Positions 1-9,375 of a stretch of 64,000 nucleotides of DNA are shown here, piece after piece. The notes beneath the pieces are model-generated. The model was not told the DNA's origin. It ran no database searches and saw only the letters and a program-made list of their open reading frames with translations. A program made the position numbers and the translations under genes. The stretch's first letter is position 1. Each line of letters starts with the position of its first letter. The DNA lies in the IMG/VR virus record IMGVR_UViG_3300024308_000016, positions 208,394 through 272,393 of that record, one strand, 5' to 3'.

Positions 1-1
1 A

Positions 2-73
2 CTGAAGGTTTACAGTGATGCAGAAGTCAGCGCATTCGTTCAATACAACCTCAGGGACCACAATTTGCTATGA
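2..73 (+). CDS. 3' end of an upstream CDS (partial; LKVYSDAEVSAFVQYNLRDHNLL*)
   Basis: Open frame from position 2 ending at TGA 71-73, overlapping the next ATG (ATGA coupling). Confidence 0.45.
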   Translation: MKVYSDAEVSAFVQYNLRDHNLL

Positions 74-750
74 GTGTCAACTTCATTAATGAGACCGGCT
101 ATATTCTGGCAGCCAATACTGCACCCGGGGCCGCGATCTACATGAACCAGTACCCTAGTACGACAGTAGTGGTGGATATAACCATTACGCCAATAGGGGC
201 AAACACTATCCCGTTAAAGGTGACTATCCAAATATCGGGCCAGATTTTCGAGCTCATTCCAATTCGCCAACCCGATGAAACATATCGCTTGCAAGGCATC
301 ATTGTTCGATACCTGGAGATAATCAGGGCTATCGGTAATCCTTTTACCTTCAAGGTGACCGGTCTTCAGGAGACCAATGTGCTGCCTGCCGGAATGGATA
401 GCATCGCTACAGCCAATGCACTGCGAGAAGACCATTATGATCGCCCGCTTGGTTGGACGGAAACCGTTGCGTTGCCTTCCGCCAAATGGGGCTCGTGCAT
501 GGATGTGTGGATAACACCATTTACCGGATCTTCTTCCGTCGCCAAGCGGTTTACATTGTCAGTCCAATACCCTACTGGCGGCACCTACAAGGAGTATCGA
601 CCGTTTGATGTTCTTCCAATTACGGCACCGATGGTGTTCAGGAAACTGACCATTCCACCTGGGTCAACAGTTAAGGGTACCCTATATGGGAACATCGCAG
701 TGTATTACCAATGGGCTTGGCAGCGTATTGGTCCAACTCCGGATCTGTAA
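70..750 (+). CDS. Hypothetical beta-rich protein, possibly virion/tail-associated (226 aa)
   Basis: ORF coupled to neighbours by ATGA and TAATG overlaps; alternating hydrophobic beta-strand pattern in two ~110 aa halves; function inferred only. Confidence 0.7.
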   Translation: MSVNFINETGYILAANTAPGAAIYMNQYPSTTVVVDITITPIGANTIPLKVTIQISGQIFELIPIRQPDETYRLQGIIVRYLEIIRAIGNPFTFKVTGLQETNVLPAGMDSIATANALREDHYDRPLGWTETVALPSAKWGSCMDVWITPFTGSSSVAKRFTLSVQYPTGGTYKEYRPFDVLPITAPMVFRKLTIPPGSTVKGTLYGNIAVYYQWAWQRIGPTPDL

Positions 751-1424
751 TGTCATACAACATCGCTAGCGGCGATCTCGCCTCCTCCTACCAAAAGACC
801 GTCTATGGAACCACCTGGAACGACTCTCGGGTCTACCAGGTGTGCTCCGTGAAGGTTACCGCCTACGGCACTGAGCCGTTGGTCTTCACCCTGGGCACCA
901 AGTTCGTTGAAGGCTCCGCCAACAACGACATCCAATACCGGATGCTCGCACGCAGGATCACCATCCAGCCAGGCGAGAGCTACGAGCTCGACTGCATTCC
1001 CACGTACTACAATCAGCAAGTGTATGTACGTCAGCTGTCGGGCAATGGGATCGCGTACATCTACGCCACGCCCTATGTCCCCAAAACCAATGCGCCTGTG
1101 CGCTTCATCGGCACCACGTCTTACCAGACTGGCGCCGGTGGTCAGGCCATCTACTATATGCAGCCTGCTCAAGGGCACTACTGCATCATGGACATCTTCG
1201 TGGGCGCCATCAGCGGCTCCCCGACGGTGAATATCATCACAGGTGCGACTGCCCCGTCAAACCTGCAAAACCCGGATTACATCATCCGCGGCGGCAAGGT
1301 GCTGGACTCTGAACCCTATATCTACCGCAAAGCCATGATGAAGCCATCCACCTACATGGTCGTTCAGGTTTCTAATGGCGTCGTCGATGTCACGATGCTG
1401 GGACTCGGTGTCTCGAACACATAA
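750..1424 (+). CDS. Hypothetical beta-sandwich repeat protein, possibly virion/tail-associated (224 aa)
   Basis: Start taken at ATG 750, overlapping TAA of the previous gene; phage-like codon bias; two beta-rich halves (e.g. ITIQPGESYELDCIP...VYVRQ). Confidence 0.75.
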   Translation: MSYNIASGDLASSYQKTVYGTTWNDSRVYQVCSVKVTAYGTEPLVFTLGTKFVEGSANNDIQYRMLARRITIQPGESYELDCIPTYYNQQVYVRQLSGNGIAYIYATPYVPKTNAPVRFIGTTSYQTGAGGQAIYYMQPAQGHYCIMDIFVGAISGSPTVNIITGATAPSNLQNPDYIIRGGKVLDSEPYIYRKAMMKPSTYMVVQVSNGVVDVTMLGLGVSNT

Positions 1425-1430
1425 CCACAT

Positions 1431-1464
1431 CTCCCTGGAGCTCCCTTGCGGGGGCTCCAGGGAG
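1431..1464. terminator. 15-bp hairpin between convergent genes
   Basis: CTCCCTGGAGCTCCC-TTGC-GGGGGCTCCAGGGAG (one G-U); loop is GCAA on the - strand. Confidence 0.7.
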
Positions 1465-1474
1465 GTATGACGTG

Positions 1475-2281
1475 TTAGTGAGGACCGTGGCCTCCGGGAA
1501 AGTGGGCATAGCCGCTGACTTGCAGGCTGCCTCGGATCTGTACGTTGCCACTGAAGATGGAGCTGGGAGCTTCAACATAAAAGCCCTTGGGTCCCGTGAT
1601 CTTGGGGTGACCATCCCGGGTCTCAAACCGACCTCCCGATGCATCGGTGAGCGAAACGTTGTTGTTGGCGCTGTCGAGCTCGATGATGTTTCCGACGTTG
1701 TCCTTGATGATGACTTTGTTCTCACCTGGGAAGATGTTGAACTCGTACATGAACTGCTCGCCGTCGCTTTGCGTGGTCACAAACTTGATGCTTTTGGCAT
1801 TCATCGTATCCCAGCGCATGTAGTAGGAACTGTCAAGGTCCCATGGAGTCAGCGTCGGGTCTCTCAGGTTTCCGATTCCCCAGATCACATCCTCCAGTCT
1901 TCGAAGCATGGGTTCCCGAAACTGTGTATTCCAGTACAGTTGTTCAGAGTCAGCGTACTTGTAGATCATCACCGTCTCATTGGCCCGCACATCTGGGGAA
2001 CTCATGAGGTGATTGTCGCCCATGGGGATCCAGATGGCTTCGACGATGGCGCGGGCGTCGGCCTTCACCGAAGTAGGCACTCCTTGCGCGTTGATGGGCT
2101 GCAGGTCATATTCCACCTTGGACTCATCAACCATCCCGCTTTGCATAGTCACCCGCTCGACTGGGTAGACACGGATGGTGTCGCTGCCTTCTTCTTTGTC
2201 TGCGGTGACGATCCCAATACTATACTCCCGAAGTCCGGACTGGAACTCATCGAGCAGTGTTCTAAATTGTGGCTGTTCCAT
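1475..2281 (-). CDS. Baseplate central spike protein (gpV/gp5-like)
   Basis: N-terminal OB-fold-like segment (YSIGIVTADKEEGSDTIRVYP), beta-helix-like repeats, and a C-terminal GNVQIRGSLQVSG...HFPGGHGPH apex typical of gpV spikes. Confidence 0.6.
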   Translation of the reverse strand: MEQPQFRTLLDEFQSGLREYSIGIVTADKEEGSDTIRVYPVERVTMQSGMVDESKVEYDLQPINAQGVPTSVKADARAIVEAIWIPMGDNHLMSSPDVRANETVMIYKYADSEQLYWNTQFREPMLRRLEDVIWGIGNLRDPTLTPWDLDSSYYMRWDTMNAKSIKFVTTQSDGEQFMYEFNIFPGENKVIIKDNVGNIIELDSANNNVSLTDASGGRFETRDGHPKITGPKGFYVEAPSSIFSGNVQIRGSLQVSGYAHFPGGHGPH

Positions 2282-2339
2282 AGATCCATTCCTTTTTGAT
2301 ACGTTGGATTCATGTTATGTATACTCCAGAAAGCCGGCT

Positions 2340-4841
2340 ATGCATCACGAACAATTGGTCATGAAGAAGAACAAACGAATGAAGTTGAGGGACATCGACT
2401 CATTCGTGCTTAACCCAGTAGCTAGGCTGCAGATGATCCTGGGCTCCAATGGCTCGGGCAAGAGTACAGTGCTCGAAGCGCTGTCTCTGCAACCCGCATT
2501 ACCTGCCCACTATGACAGGGGGGGCTTACAGTCTCATATCGTCACTCACCGAGGCTCCAGGTACGAGCTGGTGTATGATTTCACTGGCCAAAAGAACCAC
2601 TACTCCATTACCAAGGACGACGAGGTCGTGTATTCGGGCCATGTCTCCTCAGCGTGTGCGCAATATGTGGCTGAGCATTTAGGTTTGAGCCGAGAAGTGC
2701 ATGAAGTATGCATTGGGCGCCGCCGCTTTACCAAGATGAGCACAGCGGACCGACGTGCTTGGTTCACCAAGCTGTCCCCCATCGACTACTCGTATGCGAT
2801 TGGCTACTACAAACGCCTGAGCGACGCGTATCGGGACTTGGAAGGCACAGTCACTCGTCTGAGTGATCGACTGCTCAAGGAAAAGGACAAGCAGATCGAC
2901 GATATACGAGCCGATCAGATCCGCGAAGAGATCAAACGCTTGAGAGTATCCAAAGACGAGATGCTCAAACAATGGTCTCCTGTCAATATGACGATGGACG
3001 AGGCTCTCGCCCAGGTCGATGATGTCGATCGCAGGCTCACCCAACTGCACGATGACTACATGCGGTCCCTGAGTGTGTTCTCTGACCGTGGGGACTTTAA
3101 AAGCATCGACGATGTCCGTAAATTGGACTCCGACATCCGGGGCAAAGTCGCATTCCATCAAGCCTCCATCGACAAGCTATACAACCAGGTGGAGGAAAAC
3201 CGCGCACTGATTGCTAAGAGCCAGTTCATCGCTTCCCAGGACATGGCGGAAGTGGACGAGAAGATCCGTACCTGCAATGAAGCCGTCCAGAAAGCGGAAC
3301 ACGGTGTGCAGATCCGAGGGTATGCAGACAATGCATACGCCCTCAATGCGCTGGTGGGTATCTGGCATGAATTGATCAAGACACTGGGCCGTATAGAACC
3401 AGATCCGTACGGCAACATCACTGATCAGGCCATCGCAACTACAACCGATGCCATCAACCAAACCCGCATCCAGATCCAAAACGTTCAATGGGGCGTCAAC
3501 AAGTTGCGCGACGATCTCCATAAATGGGAGCACCGTACCGAGGACGATGTAGTCAACTGTCCAAAGTGTCGACACAGCTTCACTCCTGGAATGGACGAGG
3601 CTATGGCCGATGAGACCCGGAGGAAACTGGCTCTGCAGCTGGAGAGCCTGGACAAGAACACAACTATGCTCCGGGAGATGGAGGTGGACTTGCAACACAA
3701 GAGCGAGCAGCGGGCTTTACACAAGTATCTGTTTGCTATGATCCAGGGCACACACTCAGCACTGGAGCCTTTGTGGAACACCCTGATGGATGATAACCTC
3801 CTGAAGGGCAATCCCGGCAAAGCCATGATGCTACTAGAGATCGCTCGTACCGATCTTCAGTACCTCATCGAAGCTGACAAGGCCCGCCAGACGCTCACAG
3901 GTCTGTACGAGCTGAGAGAGATGAGCCAAAAGACGGCAGGTGTAAACTTGCAAGAGCTCCAGCACAAGAATGCACTTTTGGAGCGTGAGCTCTACGACCA
4001 CCAGCTCAAAAGCCAGACTTATTCCCGAAGACTCGATATCTTGGCTGTGATCCAAAAGGAATGGACGCTCCAGGAGAACACATTCGAGGCCCTGGATAAG
4101 CTCAAAGTCACTCGGGACTACGCCATCCTCCAGGCGGAGGAAGCTAATAAGAAGATCGTCATCAACTCCATCATGGCGCACTTGGATCAGGAGATCCTCG
4201 CTCAGGAAAAGGCCATCAGTCAGATCGATTCCCACAAAGCTGTGGTTCAAGCTTTGGAGACGGATATCGAAGAGTACAAGAGAAAGGCGAGGCTGCTCAA
4301 GAAGTCCATGGATGCTCTATCTCCGGCCAAGGGACTGATCGCCAAGGGACTGACCGGCTTCATCAACCACTTTGTTGAGCAGATGAATGCAGTGATCGCC
4401 AAGGTCTGGCTCTACCCTCTGCGGATCTGTCCGGTAAAGATCGACGATACCGAAGGCACGGTGGATTTGAAGTACAACTTCACCTACACCTATGACGACA
4501 ACCCCGGGGCAGATGACGTCAAGGACGCCTCAGGTGCTCAAAAGGAGATCTTCGATCTGGCTTTCATGTTGGTGTCGATGAAGCATCTGGGGATGGACGA
4601 CTATCCGATCTTCCTCGACGAGTTCTCCGTGAACATGGACTACGCTCACCGCAAGGAGGCGATGAAGCTGGTGCTCGATCTCCTGAACAGCTCCAACTTC
4701 TCTCAGATCTTCATGGTCTCGCACTATGAAGGCAGCTATGGCTCGCTGCACAATGCCGACATCACGGTGCTGTGCCCCGAGAACATCGAGATGCCAGCAG
4801 GCATGGAGTACAACGTCAACTCCAACATCGAGTACGCATAA
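2340..4841 (+). CDS. sbcC: SbcC/Rad50-like SMC ATPase (833 aa)
   Basis: Walker A GSNGSGKS, long coiled coils, CPKC zinc hook, signature ASGAQK, Walker B IFLDEF, H-loop SH. Start moved to ATG 2340. Confidence 0.93.
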   Translation: MHHEQLVMKKNKRMKLRDIDSFVLNPVARLQMILGSNGSGKSTVLEALSLQPALPAHYDRGGLQSHIVTHRGSRYELVYDFTGQKNHYSITKDDEVVYSGHVSSACAQYVAEHLGLSREVHEVCIGRRRFTKMSTADRRAWFTKLSPIDYSYAIGYYKRLSDAYRDLEGTVTRLSDRLLKEKDKQIDDIRADQIREEIKRLRVSKDEMLKQWSPVNMTMDEALAQVDDVDRRLTQLHDDYMRSLSVFSDRGDFKSIDDVRKLDSDIRGKVAFHQASIDKLYNQVEENRALIAKSQFIASQDMAEVDEKIRTCNEAVQKAEHGVQIRGYADNAYALNALVGIWHELIKTLGRIEPDPYGNITDQAIATTTDAINQTRIQIQNVQWGVNKLRDDLHKWEHRTEDDVVNCPKCRHSFTPGMDEAMADETRRKLALQLESLDKNTTMLREMEVDLQHKSEQRALHKYLFAMIQGTHSALEPLWNTLMDDNLLKGNPGKAMMLLEIARTDLQYLIEADKARQTLTGLYELREMSQKTAGVNLQELQHKNALLERELYDHQLKSQTYSRRLDILAVIQKEWTLQENTFEALDKLKVTRDYAILQAEEANKKIVINSIMAHLDQEILAQEKAISQIDSHKAVVQALETDIEEYKRKARLLKKSMDALSPAKGLIAKGLTGFINHFVEQMNAVIAKVWLYPLRICPVKIDDTEGTVDLKYNFTYTYDDNPGADDVKDASGAQKEIFDLAFMLVSMKHLGMDDYPIFLDEFSVNMDYAHRKEAMKLVLDLLNSSNFSQIFMVSHYEGSYGSLHNADITVLCPENIEMPAGMEYNVNSNIEYA

Positions 4842-4849
4842 GACCCCAT

Positions 4850-4875
4850 CCTCAGGAGCCTTGCGGCTCCTGAGG
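4850..4875. terminator. 11-bp perfect hairpin between convergent genes
   Basis: CCTCAGGAGCC-TTGC-GGCTCCTGAGG. Confidence 0.7.
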
Positions 4876-4893
4876 TGAGTGCTTATGTCCGTG

Positions 4894-5517
4894 CTACGGA
4901 GTGAGGTTCTGGATGATGTAGTCCTCCAGCTGCCGGATCTTGCCCTGTGCGTCGAGCAGATCGTTTTGCAGCCTGGATACCTGGGACGCAAACGTGGTGT
5001 CTGAGCCGATCACCACCTTGCGGCTGGCTTGCTCGGTCAGGTGCTTGTTCACATCCACCATCTGTACAGCAGTGGTCTCCACCATCTCGTGCGTGGCATC
5101 TACTCCTGCCTGGCTCTTGATCACTTCCTTCATGGAGTTGACCAAGAAGTCCAAGTTCTGCTGCACAGGCATGGGCGGCAGCTTCATGAAGACGCCGACG
5201 CCATGGTAGGGGACGCCATCTTGGATGGGATAGCCTTCCACGTAACTGACCGGCACCTGGATACGGTAGCCCCGGGTAGTAACCAGGACTGCGATTTCCA
5301 AGTTGCGAGCCAGATCTGTCTCGTACTCGCTTTTTTGCAGACCAGCGGGCTCGTAGATCTCCGCCCACGGGTCTTGGTTCTCAGCGATGTACTCCGACAG
5401 TTTGCGAAGTGCGATACACTCGCAGCGCTCCCGAGGTAGTGTGGTAAAGGGGGTTTTCAGCTGAAAGACCCCCGTCACTCCGGGAGACGGCGCCATGAAT
5501 TGCAGTTGTACACTCAT
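4894..5517 (-). CDS. Hypothetical protein (207 aa)
   Basis: ORF with phage codon bias, directly downstream of 5524-6834; C-terminal coiled coil. Confidence 0.8.
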   Translation of the reverse strand: MSVQLQFMAPSPGVTGVFQLKTPFTTLPRERCECIALRKLSEYIAENQDPWAEIYEPAGLQKSEYETDLARNLEIAVLVTTRGYRIQVPVSYVEGYPIQDGVPYHGVGVFMKLPPMPVQQNLDFLVNSMKEVIKSQAGVDATHEMVETTAVQMVDVNKHLTEQASRKVVIGSDTTFASQVSRLQNDLLDAQGKIRQLEDYIIQNLTP

Positions 5518-5523
5518 AGCTGC

Positions 5524-6834
5524 TTACTTGTTGTAGAAGGGGTTGGAGCGAGCGGCCATCAGGTACGATGCCGACGCATGCGTGGCTGTGATGAACAGCT
5601 TGCCACCGCGGTTGATCTTGCGGATGCCCTGAGGCACGACACTCATGTTGGTGACCTTCTCCGCCTCGATGGTCATCCACAGCATGAACTGTACCCATTC
5701 CTGGGTCTCGGGCTTCATGCGCTGGAAGTCCGGAGATGTAGAAGGCACATCGATGAAGTCCGGATACAGGGTCTTCAGATCCTTCATGCCGGGCTGGTTG
5801 TTTTCCCCGTTCACGCTCAGCAGCGTCACCGACTTGTACGTCATGGGGAAGACGTTCAGATTGGCGCGCACATGGTTGGCGTTCATGAAATTGGTCAGCG
5901 TCACTGCGAAGTTCATGGACTCCTGGACATTGCTCATTGGCGAGTACAGGCCACTGAGCGTAGTCATGTTGGGGACCGAATGCAGATCCCAGCGTGGGTA
6001 AATCACGAATTCGGTACGCTTGAACAGGTCCGGGAACCAGGGTTCGAGCTCATGCTCCGGCGCTCCCGTGGATTCGACCAAGTCCTTGATCACTGCGTCC
6101 TTGATGGCGTCGGTGTTGTCACCGGCGGCTCCATAGATCAAGATACCCCAGTTGGTGGTGATCCGCTGGTCGGGATTGAACTTGTTGACGTAGTCAGTCT
6201 CGAAGATCGTGAAGACCGTCTCGGGCTTCAGGTTCTTGGCGGTCTGTGCCTCCAGCACAATGTCAGTGACGCTCTTTTTGTTGAGCTCATTGACGGCGAG
6301 CTGCCAGTCGCGCAGGAAGATCCGAGGATCTGGCACCGGACGGATGATCTTGTGATGATACTCCGGATACTCGGTGAGAAACACATCGTTGCTCATCCAG
6401 ATCTTGAAGTTGCTCAGATCTTCAAGCTTGGAGGTGAAGCTGAACCAGCTGGGAAGAGCGATGCCGGCGCCGTCGACCAAATCACCGAACTGAAGATCCT
6501 CGATCTCAGCGTAGTACTCAGCGGCAATGGCTGCGAGGAAATCCTGTGGGTTCGTCACCCCCAAGTGTGCCAGCGCATACTCATGGATGGACCGGATCAC
6601 CCGAAGGCCCTGATTGCTTTCGATGGTCGACAGCATCACTTCTTGGTTGCTGTTGGCATCTCGGCTGCTCATGGAGATCAGACGGTAGCCGGAGATCGAA
6701 GGATCCCAGTACTCGCCCTTCTCCATACTGTAGGTCTCACCCCACGTCGACAGCTCACCCACCGGGGAGTTGATCCCGGGGGTATTGATCAGCAAATCTG
6801 CGATCGTCGAAAAGCCTAGTATTTTCTTACGCAC
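5524..6834 (-). CDS. Putative virion structural protein (436 aa)
   Basis: Long ORF with GTG start after a GGAG SD; resembles phiKZ-family structural proteins near sbcC (recalled, not searched). Confidence 0.7.
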   Translation of the reverse strand: MRKKILGFSTIADLLINTPGINSPVGELSTWGETYSMEKGEYWDPSISGYRLISMSSRDANSNQEVMLSTIESNQGLRVIRSIHEYALAHLGVTNPQDFLAAIAAEYYAEIEDLQFGDLVDGAGIALPSWFSFTSKLEDLSNFKIWMSNDVFLTEYPEYHHKIIRPVPDPRIFLRDWQLAVNELNKKSVTDIVLEAQTAKNLKPETVFTIFETDYVNKFNPDQRITTNWGILIYGAAGDNTDAIKDAVIKDLVESTGAPEHELEPWFPDLFKRTEFVIYPRWDLHSVPNMTTLSGLYSPMSNVQESMNFAVTLTNFMNANHVRANLNVFPMTYKSVTLLSVNGENNQPGMKDLKTLYPDFIDVPSTSPDFQRMKPETQEWVQFMLWMTIEAEKVTNMSVVPQGIRKINRGGKLFITATHASASYLMAARSNPFYNK

Positions 6835-6876
6835 GCTAGGTACTCCTATTTAAGTATATTCCCTACGGAGGTAACG

Positions 6877-7260
6877 ATGGGATTGTTAAAGATTCTGATG
6901 TCCATCATCCGGGACACATTAAGCATCCGAACCGGGGAGCTGAGGCTCCAAAGCAAGACGTTCAATGCCAAGAAGCTCTTTGCATTGACGCTGATGATAG
7001 TGCTGAGTGTCTCATGTGTGATGCTGAGCAAAAAGCTCATCAAGACCACGAACTTGCTACGCAAAGAGCGCGCAGAACACGCCAAAATGGTCCAGGATTG
7101 CGAGTCAAAAAACAAGACATCCAAGTCATCTGATAGCGGGAATGGCCTTAGGCCTACGTCGACTTGGATCTACCAAGACGGCAGCACGAATTACTCCGGA
7201 TGCCGGGCAGATGAGTGCGCATTTCTCAATCAGCAGTCCGTTTACGGAGAAACACATTGA
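6877..7260 (+). CDS. Small single-pass membrane protein with coiled coil
   Basis: GGAGG SD; hydrophobic LFALTLMIVLSVSCVML followed by a charged helix; stop overlaps the TTG start of RNase H (TTGA). Confidence 0.7.
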   Translation: MGLLKILMSIIRDTLSIRTGELRLQSKTFNAKKLFALTLMIVLSVSCVMLSKKLIKTTNLLRKERAEHAKMVQDCESKNKTSKSSDSGNGLRPTSTWIYQDGSTNYSGCRADECAFLNQQSVYGETH

Positions 7261-8804
7261 TCGAACTTGACCAGACCAAGAACTGGGGCATCGTCGCCTA
7301 CACTGACGGTGGCGCACGTCCCAATCCCGGCGCCACCGGCGCTGGGATACACGCCTATCTGTACGAGATAGATGCCAAGCCCGATCGCATCAAAGCCATG
7401 CGCTTTACCGTGGAAGATGTCTCACGTTACGCCATCCCCACGGTCAATGGCTATAAATACACCGACAAGGACGGAAAGATCTCGGCAGCCAAGGATAAGG
7501 AAGCCGTCCCTGTCAAGCCATCGTTCTTCCTGGAGATCTCCAAGAGCTCTTCAGGACAGCTGTCGAACAACTACGCCGAGCTCGAAGCCTTTCACCAAGT
7601 GCTGCTCACGTGCCGAGCGTACCTGTTCAAGCGCCTGCATGTCTGCGCGGACTCCATGTATGTGATCAATGGGATCACCGACTGGTGCAAGGGATGGGAG
7701 CGTAACGGCTTTCGCAACCGCTTCGGCGAACATATCAGCAACCGCGATCTATGGATGGCAGTCTGGGATCAGTTCAAGCTCATGCGCACTGAGGGCTACC
7801 AGATCTCGATCTCTCACGTCAAAGGTCATGCCGGACATCCGGGCAACAACCAAGCAGATTGGCTCGCTACCATCGGAGTGCTCCGAAGTCGAGACCTGCT
7901 GGACCAGACTGATGTGCGGCTGTACACGCCCAAGGAGTACTGGGAGCCCAAGCGAGAGCGCCATCCACTTCTGTGCCTGAAGCGCTTGTACTTCGACCGC
8001 CTGGGTGAGAACTACCAGCCGGGCAAGTATTTCATGGCTGACCCTGGTAAAGACGAGTCGTTGATCGGCAAACCCATGCCCGAGACCGTGTATGCCATCG
8101 TCCGCATGCATGAGCCTCACCCTATCATCGAGGCAGTGATGCGCAAGCAGTTCAACTACGGACAAGACTTCAACGAAGTCATGCGGATCAAGACGGACAA
8201 CTTGTTCGTGCCGGATGTGTACCGCATCATCCAGTCGCATGGTGCTTACGGGATGCTGCAGTTGTCATCAGCCAACAGCAATATCTACTGCGTCAATGAA
8301 GTGCCACTGACCCAGGAGCTGCGGCCTATCGGAATCATGATGCGAGCCATCGATTCCCTGAACTCCCTCGACGGCGTCTTTGACCAGTATCTGGAGATGA
8401 AGAAGTCGCCCGAGGCATTTGCGCTCACCAACAACCAGCTGCTCCAAGCTCATGATCTCACAGGTGAGTTCTACGAGACAGTGGAAAAGAAGGTCGGAAA
8501 GGAAGTCCGGCTTTCCAAGGTCTTGAAGAAGACCATTGGTGTGGGCTACAAAGACCATCCCATCGAGTTCAGTCTTGCCAACAAGGACGGCACTTCCCAG
8601 GATCGCAAGCTCAAGCTCAAGCTCGCTCTCGACCTTCCGGAACGTAATATGCTGAAACAATTGGAAACCGAGGATGTAACAGTAGAACTTATCACTTGGA
8701 GAGAGTCCGAACTCTCCGTCCGCTACGCGACTGTGATAAGCTGCTCAGCTGGGATGGCTATCTGGTCGAACTTTTATGCTGACCGCCTGATCTTGAAAGA
8801 GTGA
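7257..8804 (+). CDS. rnhA: Ribonuclease HI with long C-terminal extension
   Basis: AYTDGG, NNYAELEA, ADSMYV and HVKGHAGHPGNNQADWLA motifs; start TTG 7257 after GGAG. Confidence 0.92.
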   Translation: MIELDQTKNWGIVAYTDGGARPNPGATGAGIHAYLYEIDAKPDRIKAMRFTVEDVSRYAIPTVNGYKYTDKDGKISAAKDKEAVPVKPSFFLEISKSSSGQLSNNYAELEAFHQVLLTCRAYLFKRLHVCADSMYVINGITDWCKGWERNGFRNRFGEHISNRDLWMAVWDQFKLMRTEGYQISISHVKGHAGHPGNNQADWLATIGVLRSRDLLDQTDVRLYTPKEYWEPKRERHPLLCLKRLYFDRLGENYQPGKYFMADPGKDESLIGKPMPETVYAIVRMHEPHPIIEAVMRKQFNYGQDFNEVMRIKTDNLFVPDVYRIIQSHGAYGMLQLSSANSNIYCVNEVPLTQELRPIGIMMRAIDSLNSLDGVFDQYLEMKKSPEAFALTNNQLLQAHDLTGEFYETVEKKVGKEVRLSKVLKKTIGVGYKDHPIEFSLANKDGTSQDRKLKLKLALDLPERNMLKQLETEDVTVELITWRESELSVRYATVISCSAGMAIWSNFYADRLILKE

Positions 8805-8829
8805 GGGCTCGCTAAAGTAGAGTCCATGA

Positions 8830-9291
8830 ATGCACAGTTTCCTTAACGCTACCGCTCCTGTCGGGGTTCCATCGATCTCCGCCGCTGCGCTTTCCGTGAT
8901 GGGTAAGATATTCCCGTCACGCATCAAACGACTCATGTTCGTCTTCAGTGTCCTTGGTTTCGTAGACGAGGCCATCGAAGATGACATGAAACTCATCGAT
9001 CAGCTCAATGGTCTACTGCGCTTACCTAAATCGCCAGACGTCTGCAAGGCGTCCATGCAAGTCAAGCATGCGATCTGGCAGGGCACAGGGATCAACTTCG
9101 AGTACATGGACCTTCATAGGCCCATGGAGGCGAGGAGAGCTGCTCTTGCCAATGACCGCGATCGCATGGTCACGTACTTTATCGACAACTGCCCCAAGTG
9201 GTTGCGATATGGACACGAGACTGCCGACATGCGCCGTGATCTCAACCATCTGTTCAAAGTCGTCGGGGAACTCCAACCCGAACTGGCTTGA
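8830..9291 (+). CDS. Hypothetical protein (up to 153 aa; start uncertain)
   Basis: ORF fills the gap between rnhA and a terminator hairpin. Confidence 0.6.
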   Translation: MHSFLNATAPVGVPSISAAALSVMGKIFPSRIKRLMFVFSVLGFVDEAIEDDMKLIDQLNGLLRLPKSPDVCKASMQVKHAIWQGTGINFEYMDLHRPMEARRAALANDRDRMVTYFIDNCPKWLRYGHETADMRRDLNHLFKVVGELQPELA

Positions 9292-9307
9292 TGGCAGCAG
9301 GCCATAT

Positions 9308-9344
9308 ACCTATACCCCGTCCCCACAAGGGACGAGGTATAGGT
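9308..9344. terminator. Long hairpin between convergent genes
   Basis: ACCTATACCCCGTCCC-CACAA-GGGACGAGGTATAGGT. Confidence 0.65.
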
Positions 9345-9375
9345 TCTATGATGTCCAGTTTTCGGAAGATGTGCC

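Noticed and set aside
6990-7030. Lipoprotein signal (LSVSC) in 6877-7260
   Set aside because: The -3 residue is non-canonical and the Cys is too far from the N-terminus for a typical lipobox.
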